Positions 1 through 7,830 of a stretch of 35,169 nt of DNA are shown here, one piece after another. Each line of letters begins with the position of its first letter. Positions within the stretch are counted from its first letter, which is position 1. Below the pieces are notes generated by a model. The model worked only from the letters and a program-made list of their open reading frames with translations, was not told the DNA's origin and did no database searches. This DNA comes from an uncultured Alistipes sp. (GTDB lineage Bacteria; Bacteroidota; Bacteroidia; Bacteroidales; Rikenellaceae), in the NCBI GenBank assembly GCA_964633635.1, contig CAZWHN010000001.1:1-35169 (forward strand), given 5' to 3'. A program made the position numbers and the translations under genes.

Positions 1-587
1 TCCAGCTCCTCGCGAGTACCGTTCTCGTCGGTGAAGCGGTACATCTTCATCATCAATACGTCGATGAAGGCGTTGAAACCTGCGCCCTGCTCAACGGGGT
101 ACTGTACGATAACGGGCTTAACCGACGAAGCGGCGCGGATGCCCTCCACTGTTGCGTCGAAGTTGGCCTTATCGCCATCGAGTTGGTTGATCACACCGAT
201 CAGGGGCTTGTTCAGGATGCGAGCGTAGCGTGACTGAATCTCGTCACCTACCTCCCAGCCGTTCTGGGCGTTCATCACCATAATACCTACGTCACCCACC
301 TTGAAGGCAGAGAACAGGTTGCCACAGAAGTCGTCCGAACCCGGGCAGTCGATGATGTTGAGCTTGCGGCCCATAAACTCGGTGAAAAGGGTCGTAGCAT
401 AGATCGAGCGCTTGTACTCGTGCTCGATATCGGTGTTATCCGAGATGGTATTGTTGGTCTCGATACTACCCCTGCGGTCGATAACTTTACCCTCATAAGC
501 CATCGCTTCGGCAAGGGTAGTTTTTCCCGTGCCAGGCGCGCCGATGAGTACTATGTTCTTAATCTCTTTAGCTGAATAATTTTTCAT
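1..587 (-). CDS. fusA2: Elongation factor G paralogue (EF-G2 type), N-terminal part, runs off the window
   Basis: Read manually, absent from the ORF track: ATG at 587, MKNYSAKEIKNIVLIGAPGTGKTTLAEAM...RGSIETNNTISD...KLNIIDCPGSDDF...VINQLD; EF-G G-domain layout with variant G1/G3/G4. Confidence 0.9.
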   Translation of the reverse strand, partial: MKNYSAKEIKNIVLIGAPGTGKTTLAEAMAYEGKVIDRRGSIETNNTISDNTDIEHEYKRSIYATTLFTEFMGRKLNIIDCPGSDDFCGNLFSAFKVGDVGIMVMNAQNGWEVGDEIQSRYARILNKPLIGVINQLDGDKANFDATVEGIRAASSVKPVIVQYPVEQGAGFNAFIDVLMMKMYRFTDENGTREEL

Positions 588-660
588 ATTCTTGAAGTTT
601 TAGGTTTTATTTGAATTAGTTTTCGTGCGGTTGGTTTTTCAACTGTTTGCATTCGACTTA

Positions 661-691
661 TAAAGTTACGAAGAATTTTTTAATCTCCAAC
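661..691 (-). promoter_or_regulatory. Candidate Bacteroidota primary-sigma promoter for fusA2
   Basis: TAACTTTA (661-668, one mismatch to TAnnTTTG) with TTG 19 bp upstream (688-690). Confidence 0.45.
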
Positions 692-731
692 ATTCTCGGC
701 CAAAAAATCGCATCCGCAGCACCTAAATCAT

Positions 732-770
732 AAAAAAAGAGGCTGCTCGGCTTCGTGCCCGAACAACCTC
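732..770 (-). terminator. Intrinsic terminator after the M28 peptidase
   Basis: Minus strand GAGGTTGTTCGG-8 nt loop-CCGAGCAGCCTC followed by T7. Confidence 0.85.
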
Positions 771-808
771 CCTTAATGTCGCCTACGCCGAGCGTAGGTC
801 GTTGTTTG

Positions 809-2317
809 CTATTTGTACACCTCGTTGCGCGGCAGCATCGTAGGCAGGTTTGCCGTACCGAGTGACATAATAGCCAATGCCGTTGCGGCCTGCTTCTGAT
901 ACTCGGGGATGCTCTTGTTGTAGGTGTCACGCTCGGTGTGCCAGATCTCCTGATACTGGAAGTTGTAACCCGAAGGATCGGCCCACTCCGACATCTGCAG
1001 CGTAGGAATACCCTGGATGCTGAACGAGGTCGAGTCGTTACCACCCGTCTGCTTGGGCTTCTCACGCGGCTCGAGAGCCGTCACGGTGAAGTTGTAGTCG
1101 GGGTAGAGCTCCTGGATGGGCTTTGCAATCTCCTGATACTCCTTCAGGAGCGACTTCGGAGCGGCGAACGATGTGTAGGGCATCGGGCCACCGTCGCGGT
1201 TGAACATATTGGTGATCTTGTCCAACTTGTCGGCGTGATCGCGTACCCACGCCAACGAACCGAGCAGACCAAACTCCTCGGCAGCGAAGAAGATGAATAC
1301 GATCGAACGCTCGGGCTTAGCTCCCGACATCGCCAACATACGGGCAGCCTCCATCATAGCCGATACACCCGAACCGCAGTCAACACCACCCGTTGCCACG
1401 TCGTAAGCGTCGAGGTGCGAACCCATAATCACATACTCGTTGGGCTTCTTCGAACCCTTGATCGTAGCTACAATATTATAGTAAGGTACGGGACCCATCG
1501 AGAAGTAGTTGCGGATGTCGAACTCCAGCTCCACATAGCGACGCTGCTGCGCCAGCTTGTAGATGCGCTCAAACTGAGCCTCGTCCAACTTAATATCGGG
1601 AACGGTGGGCAGAGTCTCGAACGTCACCTTACCCTCGTTGAGCATCTTGCGGTCGTACAGGGTGCGGATGGGCACAGCCGTGGGCTGGATGAAGCCCAAA
1701 ACGCCAGCCTCCACCATCTCGTCGTAGAACAGAGCGGGCATCTCGTTCAGCGGCTTGGGTGAGTCGGGGTTCTGACGGTTGTACTGTGCAATCTCCTCGT
1801 TCTCCTTGATGGCTGCCTGACGTGCCTCACGAGCCTCTACGCTATGCTCCAACGGCCAACCCGTCGAGCGGCTCTCCATCAGCACCCACGCACCCTTCAA
1901 GGTGCCCTTCATACGGTTGAACTGATCGCGTGTGCGCGGCTCGATCACAACGTGACCACGCTGCGGACCCTTCGTACCTGAGGTGAACGACGGGGTGGTG
2001 AAGTACAAGGTCTCGGTGAACTCGCCCATAGCGCGACCCCACCAGCCACCGCGGTTGAAACCAACGGGAACCTCACCTGCCTTCTCGAGTGTAACCTCCA
2101 AGCCCCACTCCTCGAGCTGCTTTACCATCCAAGCCTGCGAGTTGTCGAAACCTGCCGAACCAACCAGACGACCACCGAAGCGGTTACACAAAATGTCGAG
2201 ATGCTCCATCACGCGGTTATCCTCGCGCGACATCTCCATAATCTTCTTTACAGCTGCGCTCTGCGCCCACAGGCCCGTGGGTAACAACAGCAGAGCAATG
2301 ATCAATAGTCTCTTCAT
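809..2317 (-). CDS. Secreted M28 family metallopeptidase (carboxypeptidase Q-like)
   Basis: Signal peptide; SHLD, GGVDCGSG, AEEFGLLGS, NRDGG and WHTERD metal-ligand motifs. Confidence 0.85.
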   Translation of the reverse strand: MKRLLIIALLLLPTGLWAQSAAVKKIMEMSREDNRVMEHLDILCNRFGGRLVGSAGFDNSQAWMVKQLEEWGLEVTLEKAGEVPVGFNRGGWWGRAMGEFTETLYFTTPSFTSGTKGPQRGHVVIEPRTRDQFNRMKGTLKGAWVLMESRSTGWPLEHSVEAREARQAAIKENEEIAQYNRQNPDSPKPLNEMPALFYDEMVEAGVLGFIQPTAVPIRTLYDRKMLNEGKVTFETLPTVPDIKLDEAQFERIYKLAQQRRYVELEFDIRNYFSMGPVPYYNIVATIKGSKKPNEYVIMGSHLDAYDVATGGVDCGSGVSAMMEAARMLAMSGAKPERSIVFIFFAAEEFGLLGSLAWVRDHADKLDKITNMFNRDGGPMPYTSFAAPKSLLKEYQEIAKPIQELYPDYNFTVTALEPREKPKQTGGNDSTSFSIQGIPTLQMSEWADPSGYNFQYQEIWHTERDTYNKSIPEYQKQAATALAIMSLGTANLPTMLPRNEVYK

Positions 2318-2351
2318 TGTTTATTTGGATTTTGTGTCTAACTAACCATAC

Positions 2352-2382
2352 AAAAGGGCCCGCCGCTGAAGGCAGGCCCTTT
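2352..2382 (-). terminator. Intrinsic terminator after the ROK kinase
   Basis: AAAGGGCCTGCC-TTCAGC-GGCGGGCCCTTTT on the minus strand. Confidence 0.75.
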
Positions 2383-2407
2383 GAAATCATATTAAACCTG
2401 CTACGGC

Positions 2408-3421
2408 TTATGCCAGCTTCTGCTTCTGCCAGATCAGAGCCGAAGAGCCGAGGATAGCAGCGTTCTTACCCTCGATACCCGAAGGCAGGAGCTTCACCTT
2501 GTTCTTGAAGGTAGGCATCATATTCTCCTCCATATACCACTTCGTGGGCTCGAAGATGTGCTTGCCAGCCTTAGCCAGACCGCCGAACAGGATGATAGCC
2601 TCGGGTGATGTGGTAGCAACCAAGTCAGCCAACGAACGACCCAGAACCTCACCAGTGTAGCGGAATGCCTCCTTAGCGATAGCGTCGCCCTTGTCGGCAG
2701 CTACTGACAGCATAACAGCCTCGAACTTTGAGAACGGAGTGTCGCGCAACTCGCTGTCGTTGTTCATCTTAGCCATCAACTCGAAAGCCGTACGCTTGAT
2801 ACCCGTTGCCGAAGCGTAAGCCTCCAAGCAACCCTTTCTTCCGCAACCGCACTCGCGGCCGTGTACGCGGCTGTCAACCATAACGTGGCCATACTCGCCA
2901 GCGAAACCGTCGTGACCGTAGATCATCTCGCCGTTGCTCACGATGCCTGAACCCAGACCCGTACCCAGCGTGATCACTACATAATCCTTCATACCCTTAG
3001 CGTTACCGAATACGCCCTCGCCGATGGCGGCTGCGTTAGCGTCGTTGGTGATAGCCACCTCAACACCGGGGAATGAAGCCTTGATATCGTCCACAAAGTG
3101 GAACATACGGCGTGACTCGTCGGGATTGGGCTCGTCGTCGCGGAACTTCCACAGGTTGGCGGGAGCCTCGATCATACCGGTGTGGTAGTTTGCGTTGGGA
3201 GCACCGATACCGATACCGATCAGGTCGAACTCGAACGATACGCTGTCGATCAGAGCGTGCATAGCCTCGCACAATGTCTTAACGTAGTTCTCATAGTCGT
3301 CGAACTTCTTGTACTTCTCGGTTGAGATCACTGACTCGCAGAATACGGTACCCTCCTCATCGACCAGACCGAACGCAGTGTTCGTACCGCCGATATCGAT
3401 ACCCATAGCTAATTTTTTCAT
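2408..3421 (-). CDS. ROK family sugar kinase (glucokinase-like)
   Basis: GIDIGGT, NDANAAAIGE, TLGTGLGSG, GEYGH and CGCGRKGCLEAY motifs; no N-terminal HTH. Confidence 0.92.
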   Translation of the reverse strand: MKKLAMGIDIGGTNTAFGLVDEEGTVFCESVISTEKYKKFDDYENYVKTLCEAMHALIDSVSFEFDLIGIGIGAPNANYHTGMIEAPANLWKFRDDEPNPDESRRMFHFVDDIKASFPGVEVAITNDANAAAIGEGVFGNAKGMKDYVVITLGTGLGSGIVSNGEMIYGHDGFAGEYGHVMVDSRVHGRECGCGRKGCLEAYASATGIKRTAFELMAKMNNDSELRDTPFSKFEAVMLSVAADKGDAIAKEAFRYTGEVLGRSLADLVATTSPEAIILFGGLAKAGKHIFEPTKWYMEENMMPTFKNKVKLLPSGIEGKNAAILGSSALIWQKQKLA

Positions 3422-3477
3422 AGATTTTGGTAGTTTACGGTTAAATTATCAAGTTAGTCTTTTAGTTTTCTATGTGT

Positions 3478-3509
3478 CAAAGTTAAGTATAAAATTCTTT
3501 TTCTTCAAA
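3478..3509 (-). promoter_or_regulatory. Promoter for the ROK kinase
   Basis: TAACTTTG (-7 element, 3478-3485) and TTTG (-33 element, 3506-3509) with a 20 bp spacer, full Bacteroidota consensus. Confidence 0.75.
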
Positions 3510-3517
3510 CTTTTTCT

Positions 3518-3525
3518 TAAATTTG
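3518..3525 (+). promoter_or_regulatory. -7 element of the divergent promoter for the prenyl synthase-mqn operon
   Basis: TAAATTTG matches TAnnTTTG, 32 bp before ATG 3558. Confidence 0.6.
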
Positions 3526-3557
3526 GGGCATCAAGAGTAAAAAAGTGTTATCCGAAG

Positions 3558-4532
3558 ATGAGAAATAACGAAGAAATACTCGATCTGTTCGAAAATTATC
3601 TGGCCCAGATCCAGCTCCCCAAGGAGCCGCAACGTCTGTACGACCCCATTCTCTACTCGATGTCGGGCGGAGGTAAACGCATACGTCCCACGCTGTTGAT
3701 GCTCTCGTGCGAGGCCTTCGGTGGCAATGCGCAGGATGCTCTCTCGGCAGCCGCTGCGGTGGAGATGTTCCACAACTTCACACTGCTGCACGACGACATT
3801 ATGGACAACGCTCTGGTGCGCCGTGGCAAGCCCTCGGTCTATGCCGAGTGGGGCGACAATGTGGCCATCCTCTCGGGTGACGCTATGATGATCTACTCGT
3901 ACCACCTTCTGAGTCAGGTCGCAGCCGAGCATCTGCCGCGTGTTATGGAGATCTTCACCACGATGGCCTTGCAGGTATGCGAGGGTCAGCAGTACGATAT
4001 GGACTTCGAGGATCGCCAGAAAGTAACCGTCGTGGAGTATATGAATATGATCGAGCTTAAGACCTCGGTGCTGCTCGCAGGCTCGGCCACCATCGGAGCC
4101 GTGCTGGGTGGTGCGTCGGAGACCGACTGCCGCAAGATCTATCGCTATGCTTTGGAGTTAGGACTCGCATTCCAGTTGCAGGACGACCTGCTCGACAGCT
4201 ACGGTACGCAGGAGGAGTTGGGTAAGAAGATCGGTGGCGACATCCTGGAGGGTAAGAAGAGTTGCCTTATGCTCAACGCTATGAGCCACGCCTCGGAGCA
4301 GGATCGTGAGGTGCTGCGCACGACTCACCTCGATCCCACGCTCACAGCAGAGCAGAAGATCGCCCGCGTTAAGGAGGTCTATGACCGCTACCAGATTCCG
4401 CACCTAATCAACCAGCAGATCTCGCTGCGTTTCGAGCGTGCGCTCTCGATCTTGGATACGTTGGATATCTCGGCCCCTTGCACCGAGCATCTTCGCATCT
4501 TCGCCCAAAACCTTATGGGTCGCAAGAAGTAG
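3558..4532 (+). CDS. ispA: Polyprenyl diphosphate synthase (short-chain FPP/GGPP type)
   Basis: GGKRIRP, FARM HNFTLLHDDIMD, RRGKP, GQQYD, SARM QLQDDLLD; Phe five residues before FARM implies a short product; start moved to ATG 3558 because the ORF-track extension overlaps the ROK gene. Confidence 0.88.
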   Translation: MRNNEEILDLFENYLAQIQLPKEPQRLYDPILYSMSGGGKRIRPTLLMLSCEAFGGNAQDALSAAAAVEMFHNFTLLHDDIMDNALVRRGKPSVYAEWGDNVAILSGDAMMIYSYHLLSQVAAEHLPRVMEIFTTMALQVCEGQQYDMDFEDRQKVTVVEYMNMIELKTSVLLAGSATIGAVLGGASETDCRKIYRYALELGLAFQLQDDLLDSYGTQEELGKKIGGDILEGKKSCLMLNAMSHASEQDREVLRTTHLDPTLTAEQKIARVKEVYDRYQIPHLINQQISLRFERALSILDTLDISAPCTEHLRIFAQNLMGRKK

Positions 4533-4562
4533 GCGAGGGCAGGATAATATAAAAAACGAAAA

Positions 4563-5828
4563 ATGATTAAACGTAAAGATATAGAGATTATGGCCCCCGT
4601 GGGGTGTATGGAGTCGTTGCACGCCGCCATCGAGGCGGGTGCCGATGCCGTATATTTCGGTGTGGGCGTCCTGAATATGCGAGCCCGCTCGTCGGTCAAT
4701 TTCACACTCGACGACCTGGCCACCATCGTCCGCACGGCACACGCTGCGGGCGTGAAGACCTACCTCACGGTCAATATCATCATCTACGATGGCGAGATGG
4801 AGGCTCTGCGCGAGGTGATCGACCGTGCCAAGAGGGAGGGTGTCGATGCCATCATCGCCGCCGACGTGGCCGCCATTATGTATGCCCGCGAGGTGGGTAT
4901 GGAGGTGCATATCTCCACCCAGTGCAACATCTCCAACATCGACTCTGCGGCCTTCTATGCCCAGTGGGCCGATGTGGTGGTGCTGGCGCGTGAGCTCAGT
5001 CTCGAGCAGGTGAAGTATATCTCGGATCAGATCGCCGAGCGCGACATCCGAGGCCCTCGTGGCGAGCGTCTGCGCATCGAGATGTTTGCCCACGGAGCGC
5101 TGTGTATGTCCATCTCGGGCAAGTGCTACCTGAGCGAGCACGAGGAGCACTGCTCGGCCAATCGTGGTGCCTGCCGCCAGATATGCCGTCGCAAGTACCT
5201 CATCACCGAGATGCAGTCGGGCCGTCAGCTTACGGTCGATGGCCGATACATCCTCTCGCCGAAGGATCTCTGCACGATCGACTTTTTGGATAAGTTCATC
5301 GCCGCAGGTGTCCGTGTGCTGAAGATCGAGGGACGTGCCCGCGGTGCCGAGTACGTCAAGCGTGTTGTCGAGGGCTACGATGCGGCGCTGAAGGCTATGG
5401 AGCGTGGCGAATATACTCCCGAACTGGCTGCCGAGCTGAAGGAGCGTCTGGCCACGGTCTTCAACCGCGGTTTCTGGGAGGGCTACTACGCTGGCCGCGA
5501 CATTGCCGAGCATACGGCTCGCTACGGCTCGTCGGCCACCCAGCGCAAGGTCTATGTCGGCAAGGTGACCAACTTCTTCACGAAGATCTCGGTCGCCGAG
5601 GTGCTGGTCGAGGCTGCACCCATCAATGAGGGCGAGCAGTTGCTGTGGATGGGCGAGACAACGGGCGTCGTGGAGATGCCTGCCGAGGGTCTGGTGCTGG
5701 AGGAGAAGGTTGTCAGTCACATCCCACAGGGCGTCTATTGCTCGATCAAGGTGCCACGCCGTCTGCGCCGAGGCGATAAGCTCTATAAGATGGTTCCCTC
5801 GTCGGAGGTCGATAAACTTTTACAATAA
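4563..5828 (+). CDS. Peptidase U32 family Fe-S protein (TrhP/YegQ-like putative hydroxylase)
   Basis: EIMAPVG, GADAVYFG, HISTQ, LARELS, HGALC-x6-C...RGACRQICR, LKIEGR and a C-terminal beta domain. Confidence 0.85.
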   Translation: MIKRKDIEIMAPVGCMESLHAAIEAGADAVYFGVGVLNMRARSSVNFTLDDLATIVRTAHAAGVKTYLTVNIIIYDGEMEALREVIDRAKREGVDAIIAADVAAIMYAREVGMEVHISTQCNISNIDSAAFYAQWADVVVLARELSLEQVKYISDQIAERDIRGPRGERLRIEMFAHGALCMSISGKCYLSEHEEHCSANRGACRQICRRKYLITEMQSGRQLTVDGRYILSPKDLCTIDFLDKFIAAGVRVLKIEGRARGAEYVKRVVEGYDAALKAMERGEYTPELAAELKERLATVFNRGFWEGYYAGRDIAEHTARYGSSATQRKVYVGKVTNFFTKISVAEVLVEAAPINEGEQLLWMGETTGVVEMPAEGLVLEEKVVSHIPQGVYCSIKVPRRLRRGDKLYKMVPSSEVDKLLQ

Positions 5829-5861
5829 TTTTATATTAAAATACCTTAAAACTTGAATGTT

Positions 5862-7256
5862 ATGTTCTCATCGGAGATATATTCAGCACGTCGAGCCGAG
5901 CTTCGTCGTCGCGTAGGCAAGGGCCTTATTCTGCTCCCTGGTAATGTGGAGTCGCCCTTCAACTATCCTAACAATACGTTCCACTTCCGTCAGGACTCTA
6001 CGTTCCTCTACTATTTTGGCCATAGCGTACCCGCATTGGTCGGAACCATCGACGCCGACTCGGGCGAGGAGATACTCTATGGCGACGACTTCACCGTCGA
6101 GGATATCATCTGGATGGGCCCCCAGCCCACCATCGGCGACTTCGCTCGCGAGGTGGGAGTAGCCACAGCGAAGCCTATGGCCAAGTTGCAGGAGGATGTA
6201 CGTCGTGCCATTGCGCTCGGTCGTGAGGTGCACTACCTGCCCCCTTATCGTGGCGAGACGAAGTTGATGATGAGCGACCTGCTGGGCATTGCCCCCGCGA
6301 TGCTCCACGCCCGCAAGTCGTGGGATCTGCTCTTCGCCGTGGCTGAGATGCGTGAGCGCAAGGGCGCCGAGGAGATCGCCGCTTTGGAGGAGGCCTTCGA
6401 GATCGGCTACCAGATGCACACCGCCGCTATGCGCTCTACCCGCGAGGGTCGCTCGGAGCACGAGGTGGCAGGCATTGTCGATGGTATGGCGTTGCGCTAT
6501 GGTACGGGCGTGTCGTTCACCACGATCCTCTCGCAGCACGGCGAGGTGCTGCACAACCACGACCACTCGGGCACTATGCAGGCGGGCCGTCTGCTGCTGT
6601 GCGATGCGGGTGGCGAGCATCTGAACGGTTACGTTTCGGACCACACTCGTACCTACCCCGTTAGCGGAAAATTCACCCAGAAGCAGAAGGATGTATATAA
6701 TATAGTACTTGCGGCTCACGACGCCGCCTCGGCTGCCTTGCGCCCCGATATGATGTACTCGGAGTACTCCGACGCTGCTTTCCGCACACTGATCGAGGGC
6801 CTGAAGGGTCTCGACCTTGTTCGTGGCTCGGTTGAGGATGCCATCGCCGCAGGTGCCGCCTACCTCTTTATGCCTCACGGCTTGGGTCACGGCATCGGAT
6901 TGGATGTCCACGACTGCGAGAACATCGGCGAGCGCTCGTTCTCGTTTGCCGAGGTTGAGGAGCGAGCCAAGGCGTCGGCCTGCTGCATCACCCGCCCGTG
7001 GTGGCGCCTGCAGCCCGGCACGGTGCTCTCGAACGAGCCGGGTATCTACTTCATCCCCGACCTGATCGACAAGTACAAGGCCGAGGGTAAGTGTCAGGGC
7101 ATTGTGAATTATGATAAGTTGGAGCAGTACCGCGACTTCGGCGGTATCCGCCTCGAGGACGATATGATCGTCACCGAGACGGGTTCGAAGCAGATCGGCT
7201 CGAAGCAGATCCCCATCACTGTGGAGGATGTAGAGGCGTTGCTCGGCTGCGAATAG
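5862..7256 (+). CDS. pepP: Xaa-Pro aminopeptidase (M24B)
   Basis: FRQDSTFLYYFG, CDAG, SDHTRT, HGLGHGIGLDVHD, NEPGIYF and GIRLEDD motifs; ATG 5862 preferred over TTG 5853. Confidence 0.92.
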   Translation: MFSSEIYSARRAELRRRVGKGLILLPGNVESPFNYPNNTFHFRQDSTFLYYFGHSVPALVGTIDADSGEEILYGDDFTVEDIIWMGPQPTIGDFAREVGVATAKPMAKLQEDVRRAIALGREVHYLPPYRGETKLMMSDLLGIAPAMLHARKSWDLLFAVAEMRERKGAEEIAALEEAFEIGYQMHTAAMRSTREGRSEHEVAGIVDGMALRYGTGVSFTTILSQHGEVLHNHDHSGTMQAGRLLLCDAGGEHLNGYVSDHTRTYPVSGKFTQKQKDVYNIVLAAHDAASAALRPDMMYSEYSDAAFRTLIEGLKGLDLVRGSVEDAIAAGAAYLFMPHGLGHGIGLDVHDCENIGERSFSFAEVEERAKASACCITRPWWRLQPGTVLSNEPGIYFIPDLIDKYKAEGKCQGIVNYDKLEQYRDFGGIRLEDDMIVTETGSKQIGSKQIPITVEDVEALLGCE

Positions 7257-7268
7257 TCGATTGCGAAG

Positions 7269-7814
7269 ATGACTCTCTACCTCTTTCCCACCCAGGCCGA
7301 AGCCGAGCCGTTTCGTAGGCTCTGCCCAACGGCCCAAGTCGCCATCATCGGCGTCGGTATGGCCGAGGCTGCTGCCCGCTCGTCGCGTGCTGTGGTGCAA
7401 CGTGCGCCCCGACGTGTGGTGCTGTGTGGCGTGGCGGGTGCCGTGGGCGAGAGCTTGCAGGTGGGCGATGTGGTTGAGGTCGTGAGCGATAGGGTGGTGG
7501 GCTTGCCTGCCGCTTTTTCGCGCGAATATCTATGCTTGCCGAAAACCGCTCTCCCTGCGGTGCGTGCCCTCACGGTCAGCCGCACGGGCGATGGGGTGGA
7601 TGCGTTGCCGATAACTTCAACCGAGCCTACGGCCTCGCTCCCCACCATCGAGCAGATGGAGGGTGCTGCCGTGGCAGCCGTTGCCGAGGCTTTCGGGGTG
7701 GAGTACGTTCACCTTAGAGCCATCTCCAACCGTGTGAGCGACAGCCGCGAGCGGTGGCGCATCGACGATGCCATCGAGGCCCTTACACAGATTCTAAGAA
7801 ATATACCATTATAA
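7269..7814 (+). CDS. mqnB: Futalosine hydrolase-like nucleosidase (PNP/MTAN fold)
   Basis: IGVGMAEAA, LCGVAGA, EQMEGAAVA and LRAISNRV...W motifs; mqnD in the same operon; short and divergent. Confidence 0.72.
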   Translation: MTLYLFPTQAEAEPFRRLCPTAQVAIIGVGMAEAAARSSRAVVQRAPRRVVLCGVAGAVGESLQVGDVVEVVSDRVVGLPAAFSREYLCLPKTALPAVRALTVSRTGDGVDALPITSTEPTASLPTIEQMEGAAVAAVAEAFGVEYVHLRAISNRVSDSRERWRIDDAIEALTQILRNIPL

Positions 7815-7830
7815 CCTAAAACTTTCCAAT

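Noticed and set aside
3309..3557. N-terminal extensions in the ORF track (ispA from 3309; also eda from 20863, TonB transporter from 31662, sigma from 32416, GT2 from 33558)
   Set aside because: They overlap neighbouring genes or promoter elements; downstream starts give typical N-termini
3558..4532. Long-chain menaquinone side-chain synthase
   Set aside because: Phe at the fifth position before the first DDxxD motif indicates a short-chain product
4404..7400. Long antisense ORFs (4404-5720, 5883-7400; likewise 8731-9786, 22387-23460, 29953-31422, 33883-35031)
   Set aside because: Shadows of GC3-biased genes on the opposite strand; no recognisable motifs and full overlap with well-supported CDSs
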